Positions 6,900 to 15,886 of a stretch of 64,000 nucleotides of DNA are shown in pieces (position 1 is the first letter of the stretch; every line of letters starts with the position of its first letter). This DNA comes from Candidatus Lloydbacteria bacterium. Its GTDB lineage: Bacteria; Patescibacteriota; Minisyncoccia; Phycocordibacterales; 21-14-all-47-15. The stretch is taken from positions 116,239-180,238 of the forward strand of contig JACROH010000001.1 in the NCBI GenBank assembly GCA_016214545.1, given 5' to 3'. Below the pieces are notes generated by a model. That model had not been told where the DNA came from, ran no database searches, and saw only the letters and a program-made list of their open reading frames with translations. The translations under genes were made by a program, and so were the position numbers.

Positions 6900-9320
6900 A
6901 TGGTTATCTCACACAATTGGCTACAATCATTTTTTAAGGAAAAACTGCCGGTGCCGGAAAAAGTGGCGGAGCTTTTGACGATGCGCTCTTTTGAGGTGGA
7001 GTCGTTTGAAAAAAGGGGAGACGATACTATTTTTGAAATTGATATTTTGCCCAATCGCGCGCATGACTGCCTCTCGCATCGCGGTGTGGCGCGTGAACTT
7101 GCGGCTTTGCTTAGTTTGAAATTGGAGGATGGAGGAAAAAAATCCTCGTTTGAACTTGTGAAAGTACCCCGCGCGCTCTCGGTTCGCATTGAAGACGAAA
7201 AATTGTGCCGCCGATACGTCGGGCGGACGATTGAGAATGTGAAGGTCGTCCCTTCGCCGGACTGGCTTCGCCTACGGCTGGAATCTATCGGACAAAAATC
7301 AATCAACAACGTAGTAGACGCGACCAATTACGTGATGTTTCATCTGGGCCAGCCGATGCACGCGTTTGATGCGGATAAGCTTGCCTCTCCGGACATCATC
7401 GTGCGCAAAGCGCGTAATGGGGAGCGTATTACCACGCTTGATAAAAAAGAAGTGACACTTTCTTCCGATACGCTCGTTATTGCCGACACTGAAAGCGTGC
7501 TTGCCATCGCGGGCATCAAAGGAGGCACGAAAGCGGAAGTGGACGAGTCAACAAAAAATCTTATTTTGGAGGCGGCCAATTTTGAGCCCTCAAATATAAG
7601 ACGGACGGCGCAGAAAACGGGCATTCGTACCGATTCTTCAAAGCGGTTTGAACAGGGGATTGCTACAGAGCTTGCGCTTGAGGCGATGGAGCTCGCAACC
7701 GAGCTTGTCGTTCAAATAGCGGGCGGCAAAGAAACGCGTGAGGGCGGCATGATAGACCAATACCCGCGCCCGGGCGCACAATATAAAGTCGGTGTGTCGC
7801 TTGAGGAAATAAACTCGCTCTTGGGGCTCTCGCTTCGCGAAGAAGAAGTTGCGAGCATTCTTCTACGTCTCGGTTTTCAATACGAAATTCTTGACCCGAT
7901 AAAAAAAGTGCTTGAACTTGCACCGACATTTGCGGGCGCGCCATACAAACATGGCGCAAGTGTCGTCTATGATGCGCCGCGTGCGTTTGATTGCTCATCA
8001 TTTACCGCATATCTTTTCGCGCAGGCGGGGGTGGCGATTCCGCGCATGTCTGTTGACCAGTATGTGTTTGGAAAAGAAGTGTCGCTTGAAGAAATTACCG
8101 CGGGCGATTTAATATTCTCAAACACGCATGAGGGGACACAGCATGAAAAAAGCATTGATTTTTTTCCGGGAACACCGGTATCGGAACATATTGACCACGT
8201 CGGGCTTTTTCTTGGAGATGGCATGGTGATTCACGCATCGCGCCATAACGGCTCGGGCGAAGTGCTGAGCGAGAAGCTCAAAGAAAGCAAGGCGTTTACG
8301 CATATTGTCGGTGTGCGCCGTGTGTATGAGGGCAGCAAGCGTTTTGCCGTGACGGCACCCAACGAACGGCTTGATATCCGCATCGCGTATGACCTGATTG
8401 AAGAAATCGGGAGGGTGCACGGCTATGGCGATATTCCGGAAGCTCTGCCGGCCGTCTTGCAAAAAAATGAAATTGAATCGTGTATTTTTTATCAAAACGC
8501 CGTTCGTGAAATTTTGGCGGACGAAGGATTTTCTGAAATCTACACGTATACGTTTGTGGGCAAGCAAGACGGCGTAACACAGCCCGAGCTTGAAAATCCG
8601 CTCGCTGCTGATAAAGCCTTTTTGCGCGGAACGCTTGCGACCGAATTTTTTGAAAAATTTGAAACCAACGCCTACTATGCCGATTTGCTCGGCATTGATA
8701 CGGTGAAGATTTTTGAAATCGGCAGAGTATTCTCCGCCCAAGGCGGAGATGATGAGGCAGAGAAGGAAGTCTTGGGCATTGGAGTGAAACGGGTGAAGAA
8801 AAACAAAAAAGCCATGTCGGCGGAAGATGCGCTCTCGGAGGCGCTTGAAAAACTTTTTCTTGTGCTTGGCCTTAATGAGTCGCTCGTGCCGGCAGAAGCA
8901 ATTCAAATAAATAAAGAGAAGATGAGCGCATTTATAGAACTGCCGCTTGAAAAACTTTTTGCAAATGTTGATAGAAACATAATCCAAAAACTTTTTGATG
9001 AACGCCGGATGTTTGCTCCGTCGCCCGATGTTTCCTACCGACCGCTTTCAAAATATCCTTTTATCGCGCGTGATATTGCGGTGTTTGTGCCGGAATCAGT
9101 TGATGCGGGGGCGATTGCTTCGCTCATCAAAAATACGGCAGGAGAAAATCTTGTCCGGTATTGGCTTTTTGACACGTTTGAAAAAGACGGGAAAAAATCG
9201 TTCGCATTCCGATTGATATTCCAATCATACGAAAAAACGCTTTCAGACGAAGAAGTAAATGCGGTCATGTCCCGAGTGTCTAAAGCTTTTGAAGCAAACG
9301 ACGGGTGGAAAGTCAGATAA
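6900..9320 (+). CDS. pheT: Phenylalanine--tRNA ligase beta subunit with an NlpC/P60 (C40 peptidase) domain inserted into the B5 domain
   Basis: N-terminal, B3/B4 (IFEIDILPNRAHDCLSHRGVAREL; VVDATNYVMFHLGQPMHAFD) and B5 (LEEINSLLGLSLREEEVASILLRLGF) regions are collinear with PheT. Residues ~333-480 read YKHGASVVYDAPRAFDCSSF...IPRMSVDQ...GDLIFS...HVGLFLGDGMVIHAS, the NlpC/P60 signature. PheT resumes at VTAPNERLDIRIAYDLIEEIGRVHGYGDIP. Confidence 0.9.
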   Translation: MVISHNWLQSFFKEKLPVPEKVAELLTMRSFEVESFEKRGDDTIFEIDILPNRAHDCLSHRGVARELAALLSLKLEDGGKKSSFELVKVPRALSVRIEDEKLCRRYVGRTIENVKVVPSPDWLRLRLESIGQKSINNVVDATNYVMFHLGQPMHAFDADKLASPDIIVRKARNGERITTLDKKEVTLSSDTLVIADTESVLAIAGIKGGTKAEVDESTKNLILEAANFEPSNIRRTAQKTGIRTDSSKRFEQGIATELALEAMELATELVVQIAGGKETREGGMIDQYPRPGAQYKVGVSLEEINSLLGLSLREEEVASILLRLGFQYEILDPIKKVLELAPTFAGAPYKHGASVVYDAPRAFDCSSFTAYLFAQAGVAIPRMSVDQYVFGKEVSLEEITAGDLIFSNTHEGTQHEKSIDFFPGTPVSEHIDHVGLFLGDGMVIHASRHNGSGEVLSEKLKESKAFTHIVGVRRVYEGSKRFAVTAPNERLDIRIAYDLIEEIGRVHGYGDIPEALPAVLQKNEIESCIFYQNAVREILADEGFSEIYTYTFVGKQDGVTQPELENPLAADKAFLRGTLATEFFEKFETNAYYADLLGIDTVKIFEIGRVFSAQGGDDEAEKEVLGIGVKRVKKNKKAMSAEDALSEALEKLFLVLGLNESLVPAEAIQINKEKMSAFIELPLEKLFANVDRNIIQKLFDERRMFAPSPDVSYRPLSKYPFIARDIAVFVPESVDAGAIASLIKNTAGENLVRYWLFDTFEKDGKKSFAFRLIFQSYEKTLSDEEVNAVMSRVSKAFEANDGWKVR

Positions 9321-9323
9321 TTC

Positions 9324-9875
9324 ATGCTAGAGAAAGATTTTGTTTTAAAAGTTCCATACTATTCGCAGCATCGTGATGTGAAAGACCCGACATGGCGGCA
9401 CCGTGCGTGTGGCATAGCCTGTTTTAAAATGGCGCTTGCGTATGCGGGGAAAGAAACGCCCCCACTTGATGAGATGATTCACGCGCATCGTGCGGCGGCG
9501 TACCAGGAAGGAGTGGGTTGGAAACACATGCCGCTCGTAGATATTGCGGTTACAGAATACGGCCTCAAAGATTCTTATCGAAAGGAGTATCGGGAGGTGC
9601 CGTTCGCAGAAGCTTTTTTGGGGCTTGTGTCGTCGCTAAAAAACAATTGCCCGCCGATTGTTTCCATCTTCCAAGACGAATCGCGCAAGGGCTCTCATTT
9701 GATTGTATTGACCGGATTCCGCGTTTCTCAAGACGGAGGATTTGAGGGTGTGCGCTATCACGACCCCGACTCTCTCATTGAAGAAGAGAAGAAAACGGAT
9801 CTCTCCATGGATATACCCGCGTTTGAAAAAAGATGGCGGAAGCTTGCGATTTTTATCGGTGCACAAAAGGCATAG
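9324..9875 (+). CDS. Peptidase C39-like (papain-fold) domain protein
   Basis: VPYYSQHRDVKDPTWRHRACGIACFKMALAYAG matches the C39-like / BtrH-type motif (YYSQ...W...CGpas.aM.l.y.G) with downstream His (GSHLIVLTGF) and Asp (HDPD). Start lies 4 bp after the pheT stop. Confidence 0.7.
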   Translation: MLEKDFVLKVPYYSQHRDVKDPTWRHRACGIACFKMALAYAGKETPPLDEMIHAHRAAAYQEGVGWKHMPLVDIAVTEYGLKDSYRKEYREVPFAEAFLGLVSSLKNNCPPIVSIFQDESRKGSHLIVLTGFRVSQDGGFEGVRYHDPDSLIEEEKKTDLSMDIPAFEKRWRKLAIFIGAQKA

Positions 9876-9894
9876 ATATTAAAAAGAACAAAAG

Positions 9895-9930
9895 AAAAAC
9901 CGCGAGCAAGAAAAGCTCGCGGATTTTAAA
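9895..9930 (+). terminator. Bidirectional rho-independent terminator
   Basis: aaaaaccgcgagc-aagaaaa-gctcgcggatttt between convergent genes. Confidence 0.7.
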
Positions 9931-10369
9931 AGATAAACGATAAAAAATAGGGTCCGGTAACGGTTGATAGAAACCAGCACACAAAGAACGCGTACACAAT
10001 CACCACATGGCATCGTTTCCAATACTTTTTCTCACACTGCCTTTCCCGATAGGCGGCAAACCCCGACAAGATAACCAGCACAATACAGGCAATGAATACA
10101 ATAGACGCCCACACATGAACGCGAATGATAAGGGTTGATATCTGCGAATATGTGGCGTGCTCGGCAATGCGGAGCATGTACCATATCGCGAATCCTTCGC
10201 AGGCGAAACCAAAAAGCGAGATGATGCCGTGCCATATTTTTCCTTCTCGCGCGCATTTCCAGGTGATGATGTAGAGGCAAAACGCAAGCCCCACCATTCC
10301 GGATACGATAATCGCTTCGCTCATTCTGCCGAGCCCCCTTTTAATTAAGTGTGTGATATAAAAAAACAA
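9926..10369 (-). CDS. Small integral membrane protein (about 4 TM helices), unknown function
   Basis: 147-aa ORF, strongly hydrophobic segments, sits in a gap between convergent terminators. Confidence 0.6.
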   Translation of the reverse strand: MFFYITHLIKRGLGRMSEAIIVSGMVGLAFCLYIITWKCAREGKIWHGIISLFGFACEGFAIWYMLRIAEHATYSQISTLIIRVHVWASIVFIACIVLVILSGFAAYRERQCEKKYWKRCHVVIVYAFFVCWFLSTVTGPYFLSFIF

Positions 10370-10458
10370 AGAACCCCTTTCTGTATTGTCCGTATGGGGA
10401 AGGGTTTGTCAAATTTGCGCTTCTTGAGTTTGAGGGCGGGGAAGTATATGATTATTAC

Positions 10459-11418
10459 ATGGAAACAATTTCACAAAAACCAAAAACATCGCCGAAAGAT
10501 TTTTTTATAAATCTTGGCGTCGTGGCCGCGCTCTATATGGGCGTGATAAGCGTTTTGAATCTTCTTTTTGATGTTATCAATCGTGTTTTTCCGGACCCGC
10601 TTTCGCCGTATGTCGACCCATACGCAGGCACAATCAAATGGACGATTGCGTCGCTCGTGATTGTCTTTCCGCTCTACCTCTGGCTTTCGCGAATTTTAAA
10701 TACTGATATTGAACGAAACCCAGAAAAACGGGAGCTCTCGGTGCGCAAATGGCTTGTATACTTGACCCTTTTTGTCGCGGGAGTAGCTATCGCGATTGAC
10801 CTCATCGTGCTTATCAACACGTTTTTGGGCGGAGAAATCACGACGCGCTTTCTTTTGAAGGTGTTTACGGTCGCGATTGTGCTCGGTGTCATTTTCAGCT
10901 ACTACCTCTCCGATATCAAAGGAAAATTTATCAACGGCAGTGGGCGAAAATATTTTGCGTGGGGGGCGTTGCTTTTTGTCGTTCTTTCTATTGCAACCGG
11001 TTTTTTTGTAATGGGTTCTCCTCAAACACAGCGCCTCCTTCGTTTTGACGAAACGCGCGTAGGGAATCTCCAAATGATTCAGTCGCAAATCGTAACCTAT
11101 TGGCAGCAAAAAGAAGTGCTCCCAAAGACGCTTGGTGACCTCAAAGATCCGATAAGCGGTTTTGTTATTCCGACTGACCCTGCGACGGGCGTTTCGTATG
11201 AATATGCGGCGACAGGAAAATTGTCGTTTCAGTTGTGCGCGGAATTTAGCCGCGACACGGCAGCAACAGCAGCCTCAAAAGCGGTTCGAGCGCCGGTGTA
11301 TCCGTACGGAGACTATGTCGGGGACGCGAGCAACGAAAATTGGCAGCACGGTGTCGGGCGAGTTTGCTTTGACCGAACCATTGACCCCGAGCGCTACCCG
11401 CCTCTCAAAAAACGCTAA
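10459..11418 (+). CDS. Integral membrane protein (multi-TM N-terminal half, soluble C-terminal half), unknown function
   Basis: 319-aa ORF with several predicted TM helices (LGVVAALYMGVISVLNLLF, LVYLTLFVAGVAIAIDLIVLI, FTVAIVLGVIFSYYL, ALLFVVLSIATGFFVMG). Confidence 0.7.
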   Translation: METISQKPKTSPKDFFINLGVVAALYMGVISVLNLLFDVINRVFPDPLSPYVDPYAGTIKWTIASLVIVFPLYLWLSRILNTDIERNPEKRELSVRKWLVYLTLFVAGVAIAIDLIVLINTFLGGEITTRFLLKVFTVAIVLGVIFSYYLSDIKGKFINGSGRKYFAWGALLFVVLSIATGFFVMGSPQTQRLLRFDETRVGNLQMIQSQIVTYWQQKEVLPKTLGDLKDPISGFVIPTDPATGVSYEYAATGKLSFQLCAEFSRDTAATAASKAVRAPVYPYGDYVGDASNENWQHGVGRVCFDRTIDPERYPPLKKR

Positions 11419-11519
11419 CGACTCTATTAGTTAGTAGTAGGCGTCTGGGCATAACCAAGAAACACCACTCCGCGGTTTGTCGGGGCGGTGTTTTCTGTTA
11501 GAATGAAAATCATCTGCGT

Positions 11520-13928
11520 ATGGAACAATACGACCACAAAAAAATAGAGAAGAAGTGGCAGAAGAAATGGACGGAGGAGGGGATATACAAGACGAGCGAC
11601 GAATCGGACAAGCCGAAAGAGTATGTGCTTGATATGTTTCCGTATCCGTCGGGCGAGGGGCTTCACGTGGGGCATCCGAAAGGATACATTGCCACCGATA
11701 TTTATTCGCGTTACAAAAAAATGCGCGGGTTCAACGTGCTTCATCCGATGGGGTGGGACGCGTTTGGCTTGCCCGCCGAAAACTACGCCTTGAAAAATAA
11801 AGTGCACCCGCGGCAGGCGGTAGAGAAAAATATTGCCCGCTACAAAGAACAGCTTTCAATCATCGGTTTTAATTACGATTGGGATAGGGAAATAAACACG
11901 ACCGACCCCGAATACTACCGATGGACACAGTGGATTTTTTTGCAGTTATTTAAAGTGGGTCTTGCCTACGAATCAAACGAGCCGATTAACTGGTGTCCGT
12001 CGTGCAAGACCGGACTTGCGAATGAAGATTTGGACAATGGGGCGTGCGAGCGGTGCGGGAGCGCGGTGGAAAAGAAACGCATCAGGCAGTGGGTGCTTCG
12101 CATTACCGATTACGCCGAGCGGCTTTTGAACGATTTGGACGAATTGAAAGAATGGCCGGAGCATATCAAAGAATTGCAGAGAAATTGGATTGGAAAGAGC
12201 GAGGGGGCGGAAATTGATTTTGGCATTGCGGGGCGCGATGAAAAAATCAAGATTTTTACCACGCGGCCCGACACGCTTTTTGGCGCGACGTATATGGTGC
12301 TTGCGCCGGAGCATCCTTTGGTTCTAAATAATGAATTAGGAATTTCAAATTATGAGGAAGTAAAAAAATATATTGAAGAGGCGGGCAAGAAAACTGAAAT
12401 TGAGCGAACGGCCGAAGGCAAGGAAAAAACAGGGGTTGAATTGAAGGGTGTCAAAGCAATCAATCCCGCCAACAAAGAAGAAATTCCTATTTTTATTGCC
12501 GACTATGTGCTTGCCGATTATGGCACGGGAGCGATTATGGCAGTGCCGGCACACGACGAGCGCGATTTTGCGTTTGCGAAAAAATATAAATTACCAATTC
12601 GTATGGTGATTTGCCCGCATTATCCCGCGCCGACATGCCCGGTGCTCGATGAGGCGTATATCGGGAACGGACATCTTGTGGAATCCGGTCAATTCAATGG
12701 TCTCCCCAACGAAGACGCCAAGAAAAAAATTACCGAATTTGTCGGAGGAAAAATGAAGACGACGTACAAACTCCGCGATTGGGTATTTTCACGCCAGCGA
12801 TATTGGGGTGAGCCGATACCGCTTATTCATTGCGAGAAATGCGGCGTGGTGCCCGTGCCCGAAAAAGATTTACCGGTGACATTGCCCGAGGTGGAGCATT
12901 ACGAGCCGACCGGCACGGGGGAATCACCGCTTGCGAATATTTCGGAATGGGTGAATGTCCTCTGCCCCACATGCGGCGGGAAAGGGAAGCGCGAGACGAA
13001 TACGATGCCGCAGTGGGCGGGCTCGTCGTGGTATTACCTCCGCTACATTGACCCGAAAAATCAAGATGCTTTTGTTGATACAAAAAAAGAAAAATATTGG
13101 TCGCCCGTTGATATGTATGTCGGCGGCGCGGAACACGCCACACGGCATCTCATCTATGCGCGATTTTGGCACAAGTTTTTATACGACCAAGGGTTTGTGT
13201 CGCAAAGCGAGCCGTTTATGCGCTTGAAAAGTCCCGGGCTTATCGCAGGCGCCGATGGCAGAAAGATGAGCAAGCGTTTCGGTAACGTGATAAACCCCGA
13301 TGACGTGGTCGCTACCTATGGCGCTGATACTCTTCGTTTGCATGAGATGTTTATGGGCCCGTTTGAGCAAGGCGCGGCATGGAGCGAGGAAAGTATCATC
13401 GGCCCGCGGCGGTTTGTGGAAAAAGTATGGCGGCAAGCCGCGCGGATAGGCGGCACAACGGACGCGTCTCTTTTGTCAAAGCTCCACCAGGCAATCAAAA
13501 AGGTGGGCGAGGGAATTGAACTTTTCCGATTTAATACGGCTATCAGTACCATGATGATTTTTATGAACGAGGCGGAAAAATCGGGAACGATAGGGCAGGG
13601 GGAGTATGAATTATTTTTGAAAATAGTAAGCCCCTTCGCGCCCCACGCCGCCGAAGAATTGTGGCGCGAGGTGCTTGGCCATAAAAAATCTATTCACCTT
13701 GAGCCGTGGCCAGTATACGATGAGTCAAAAATAGTGTCCGAAGGGTTTACTATCACGGTGCAGGTGAACGGCAAAGTGCGCGATACATTCATGATTGAAA
13801 CCGAGCTCTCGGAAGATGAAGTGAAAGACCAGGCCCTCGCGCTTGAAAAAATCAAGAGGTGGATTGATGGGCAAGCAATCAAAAAAATCATTTACGTGAA
13901 GAACAAAATCGTGAATATTGTAGTCTAA
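11520..13928 (+). CDS. leuS: Leucine--tRNA ligase
   Basis: 802 aa; HIGH-type motif PYPSGEGLHVGHPKGY and KMSKS motif KMSKRFGNV; CP1/editing region present. Confidence 0.95.
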   Translation: MEQYDHKKIEKKWQKKWTEEGIYKTSDESDKPKEYVLDMFPYPSGEGLHVGHPKGYIATDIYSRYKKMRGFNVLHPMGWDAFGLPAENYALKNKVHPRQAVEKNIARYKEQLSIIGFNYDWDREINTTDPEYYRWTQWIFLQLFKVGLAYESNEPINWCPSCKTGLANEDLDNGACERCGSAVEKKRIRQWVLRITDYAERLLNDLDELKEWPEHIKELQRNWIGKSEGAEIDFGIAGRDEKIKIFTTRPDTLFGATYMVLAPEHPLVLNNELGISNYEEVKKYIEEAGKKTEIERTAEGKEKTGVELKGVKAINPANKEEIPIFIADYVLADYGTGAIMAVPAHDERDFAFAKKYKLPIRMVICPHYPAPTCPVLDEAYIGNGHLVESGQFNGLPNEDAKKKITEFVGGKMKTTYKLRDWVFSRQRYWGEPIPLIHCEKCGVVPVPEKDLPVTLPEVEHYEPTGTGESPLANISEWVNVLCPTCGGKGKRETNTMPQWAGSSWYYLRYIDPKNQDAFVDTKKEKYWSPVDMYVGGAEHATRHLIYARFWHKFLYDQGFVSQSEPFMRLKSPGLIAGADGRKMSKRFGNVINPDDVVATYGADTLRLHEMFMGPFEQGAAWSEESIIGPRRFVEKVWRQAARIGGTTDASLLSKLHQAIKKVGEGIELFRFNTAISTMMIFMNEAEKSGTIGQGEYELFLKIVSPFAPHAAEELWREVLGHKKSIHLEPWPVYDESKIVSEGFTITVQVNGKVRDTFMIETELSEDEVKDQALALEKIKRWIDGQAIKKIIYVKNKIVNIVV

Positions 13929-14034
13929 AGACCGGGGGTGTTTTGGTTGATTTGACATTTTTTGGCAGGTTATTTAGGATACGGGCATCAAGCCATAGTT
14001 TATCGTTGCAAGCGTAGGATTTTTTAGCATATAT

Positions 14035-14634
14035 ATGACAGGAAACAACCCCTATCAAAAAACAATATCCGGAGGAGCGGCAGAACGCGATGGTGCGTTC
14101 CCCGTTTCAGCGAAACGAGGCGGCTGTGCCAAGCACCTTGTTGTTTTTTTGCTCGGATTTGCGCTTGGTTTTGGAAGTCTTTGGCTGTGGAATAAAAATA
14201 ACGCTGTCTCTTTGAACAAAAACTCCAATGAGACAAAAGGAATTTTGTTTCCGGCAAAGGAAGCAAAAGAAAATGTCGACGGAGCCGCAAACGAAAAAGA
14301 CCGTAATCGCATCGTTGTTGTTTCTCAGGAAGCGGGCAGTCTGGTTGTCATTACGGAAGTGCAGGCGGAAGCGCCGACATGGGTGGCGATACACGAAGAC
14401 GTTGACGGAAAGCCGGCGAATATTCTCGGAGCGCAGTTATTTGATGCCGGAGTTCATTCGGGCACCGTCGCCCTCTTGCGCAACACCGAACCGGGCCGCA
14501 CCTACCATGCTCTTCTCTACAAAGACAACGGAGACCGTGTATTTGACTATGTTGTTGATTTGCCGGTTGAAAGCGCTTCAGAAATGGTCGTTTCCGCATC
14601 ATTCGCCACTACGCCTCCATCGATACCGTTATAA
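14035..14634 (+). CDS. Hypothetical membrane-anchored/secreted protein
   Basis: 199-aa ORF with an N-terminal TM (LVVFLLGFALGFGSLWLW), then a soluble domain; terminator immediately downstream. Confidence 0.6.
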   Translation: MTGNNPYQKTISGGAAERDGAFPVSAKRGGCAKHLVVFLLGFALGFGSLWLWNKNNAVSLNKNSNETKGILFPAKEAKENVDGAANEKDRNRIVVVSQEAGSLVVITEVQAEAPTWVAIHEDVDGKPANILGAQLFDAGVHSGTVALLRNTEPGRTYHALLYKDNGDRVFDYVVDLPVESASEMVVSASFATTPPSIPL

Positions 14635-14669
14635 AAAACCCGCCCCTTGCACGAGGGCGGGCTTCTTTT
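14633..14669 (+). terminator. Rho-independent terminator
   Basis: aaaaaacccgcccc-ttgcacga-gggcgggcttcttttt. Confidence 0.8.
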
Positions 14670-14690
14670 TGAGATGAATTGCGGGAGATG

Positions 14691-14719
14691 TTGACAAATA
14701 AAACTAAAACCTATATAGT
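14691..14719 (+). promoter_or_regulatory. Near-consensus sigma70 promoter TTGACA-17-TATAGT
   Basis: ttgaca 14691-14696, 17-nt spacer, tatagt 14714-14719, 22 nt upstream of ATG 14742. Confidence 0.65.
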
Positions 14720-14741
14720 TTAAATAATAAATAATACAAGT

Positions 14742-15773
14742 ATGTCAATCATTATTTTTAAGCCGAAGCAAGTTACGAAGAAATTTTTGGCCGTGCTGCC
14801 GGAGCGTATTCGCGTTGTGGTTTCAGAACGGTTTGGATTAGGCCCCGACGGGACAAGAAAAACACTTGAGTCTATTGGTCAAAAATATGGCGTTACCCGA
14901 GAGCGTATCCGCCAAATTGAAGACTTCGGGCTTAAAAGCATACAAAAATCAGACGTATACAAAGACGAACAGGCGGTTTTTGATAATCTGAGAGAGGCGC
15001 TTGTTGAATACGGCGGAGGAGTGGCGCCGGAGAATCATTTTTTCAATCATGTGTCCAAAGACGAATCGACCCAAAATCATTTGCACCTCCTTTTAGTGTT
15101 GGGCGAGCCGTTTGAAAAAAAGAAGGAAGATGAAAAATTTGTACACCGATGGATTGTGGAAGAATCAATGGCAAAAACAGTGCACGATGCGCTTGAGCGG
15201 CTGGTTTCCGGTTTGAAAGAAGATGAGTTAATCACCGAAGATGATTTGCTCGAACGTTTCTACGGACACTTGAGCGGGGTGCCGTCAGAGTATCGCAATG
15301 AGACGATTGCCCGCCGATGGCTCTCTCTTTCAAAAATGATTGGTACGAATCCGCTTGGCGAATGGGGGATCGCCTCGTCTCCAAATGTGAATGCCCGCGG
15401 AATGCGCGACTATGCATTTTTGGTTATTCGCCGGCACGGTTCTCCCATGCACTTCACTGAAGTGGCAAAAGAAATCACCAAACTTTTCGGCAAAAAAGCG
15501 CACACCGCGACCTGTCACAATGAATTGATCAAAGACGGACGGTTTGTGCTTGTCGGACGGGGACTTTACGCTCTTACCGAATGGGGGTACGCACGCGGCA
15601 TCGTGCGCGATGTCATCAGCGATGTGTTAAAAGAACACGGCGCACTTTCAAAAGAAGAAATTATCGACAAAGTAATGCAAGAACGGTACGTCAAGCCGAA
15701 CACGATTATTGTGAATCTCCAAAACGGAAATTACTTCAAAAAAACCGATGAGGGCGATTACACCTTAGCGTAA
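14742..15773 (+). CDS. Sigma-70 region-4-like HTH domain protein (DNA-binding, function unknown)
   Basis: RFGLGPDGTRKTLESIGQKYGVTRERIRQIEDFGLKSI is a sigma-70 region-4-type helix-turn-helix; a second winged-helix-like segment lies near the C-terminus. Confidence 0.75.
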   Translation: MSIIIFKPKQVTKKFLAVLPERIRVVVSERFGLGPDGTRKTLESIGQKYGVTRERIRQIEDFGLKSIQKSDVYKDEQAVFDNLREALVEYGGGVAPENHFFNHVSKDESTQNHLHLLLVLGEPFEKKKEDEKFVHRWIVEESMAKTVHDALERLVSGLKEDELITEDDLLERFYGHLSGVPSEYRNETIARRWLSLSKMIGTNPLGEWGIASSPNVNARGMRDYAFLVIRRHGSPMHFTEVAKEITKLFGKKAHTATCHNELIKDGRFVLVGRGLYALTEWGYARGIVRDVISDVLKEHGALSKEEIIDKVMQERYVKPNTIIVNLQNGNYFKKTDEGDYTLA

Positions 15774-15795
15774 GCTGCATCATCCTTTAGCAAAT

Positions 15796-15845
15796 AAAAA
15801 CCCCCGCTTTTCTTTAAAAAAGGACACAAAAGCGGGGTTTTTTAA
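15796..15845 (+). terminator. Rho-independent terminator
   Basis: aaaaacccccgcttttc...aaaagcggggtttttt. Confidence 0.8.
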
Positions 15846-15886
15846 TTTGCTACATTTTCGGCCGTCAATCTGCTATACTTTTATTA

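Noticed and set aside
8118-8987. 289-aa minus-strand ORF inside pheT
   Set aside because: Antisense to a well-supported pheT reading frame; no independent signals.
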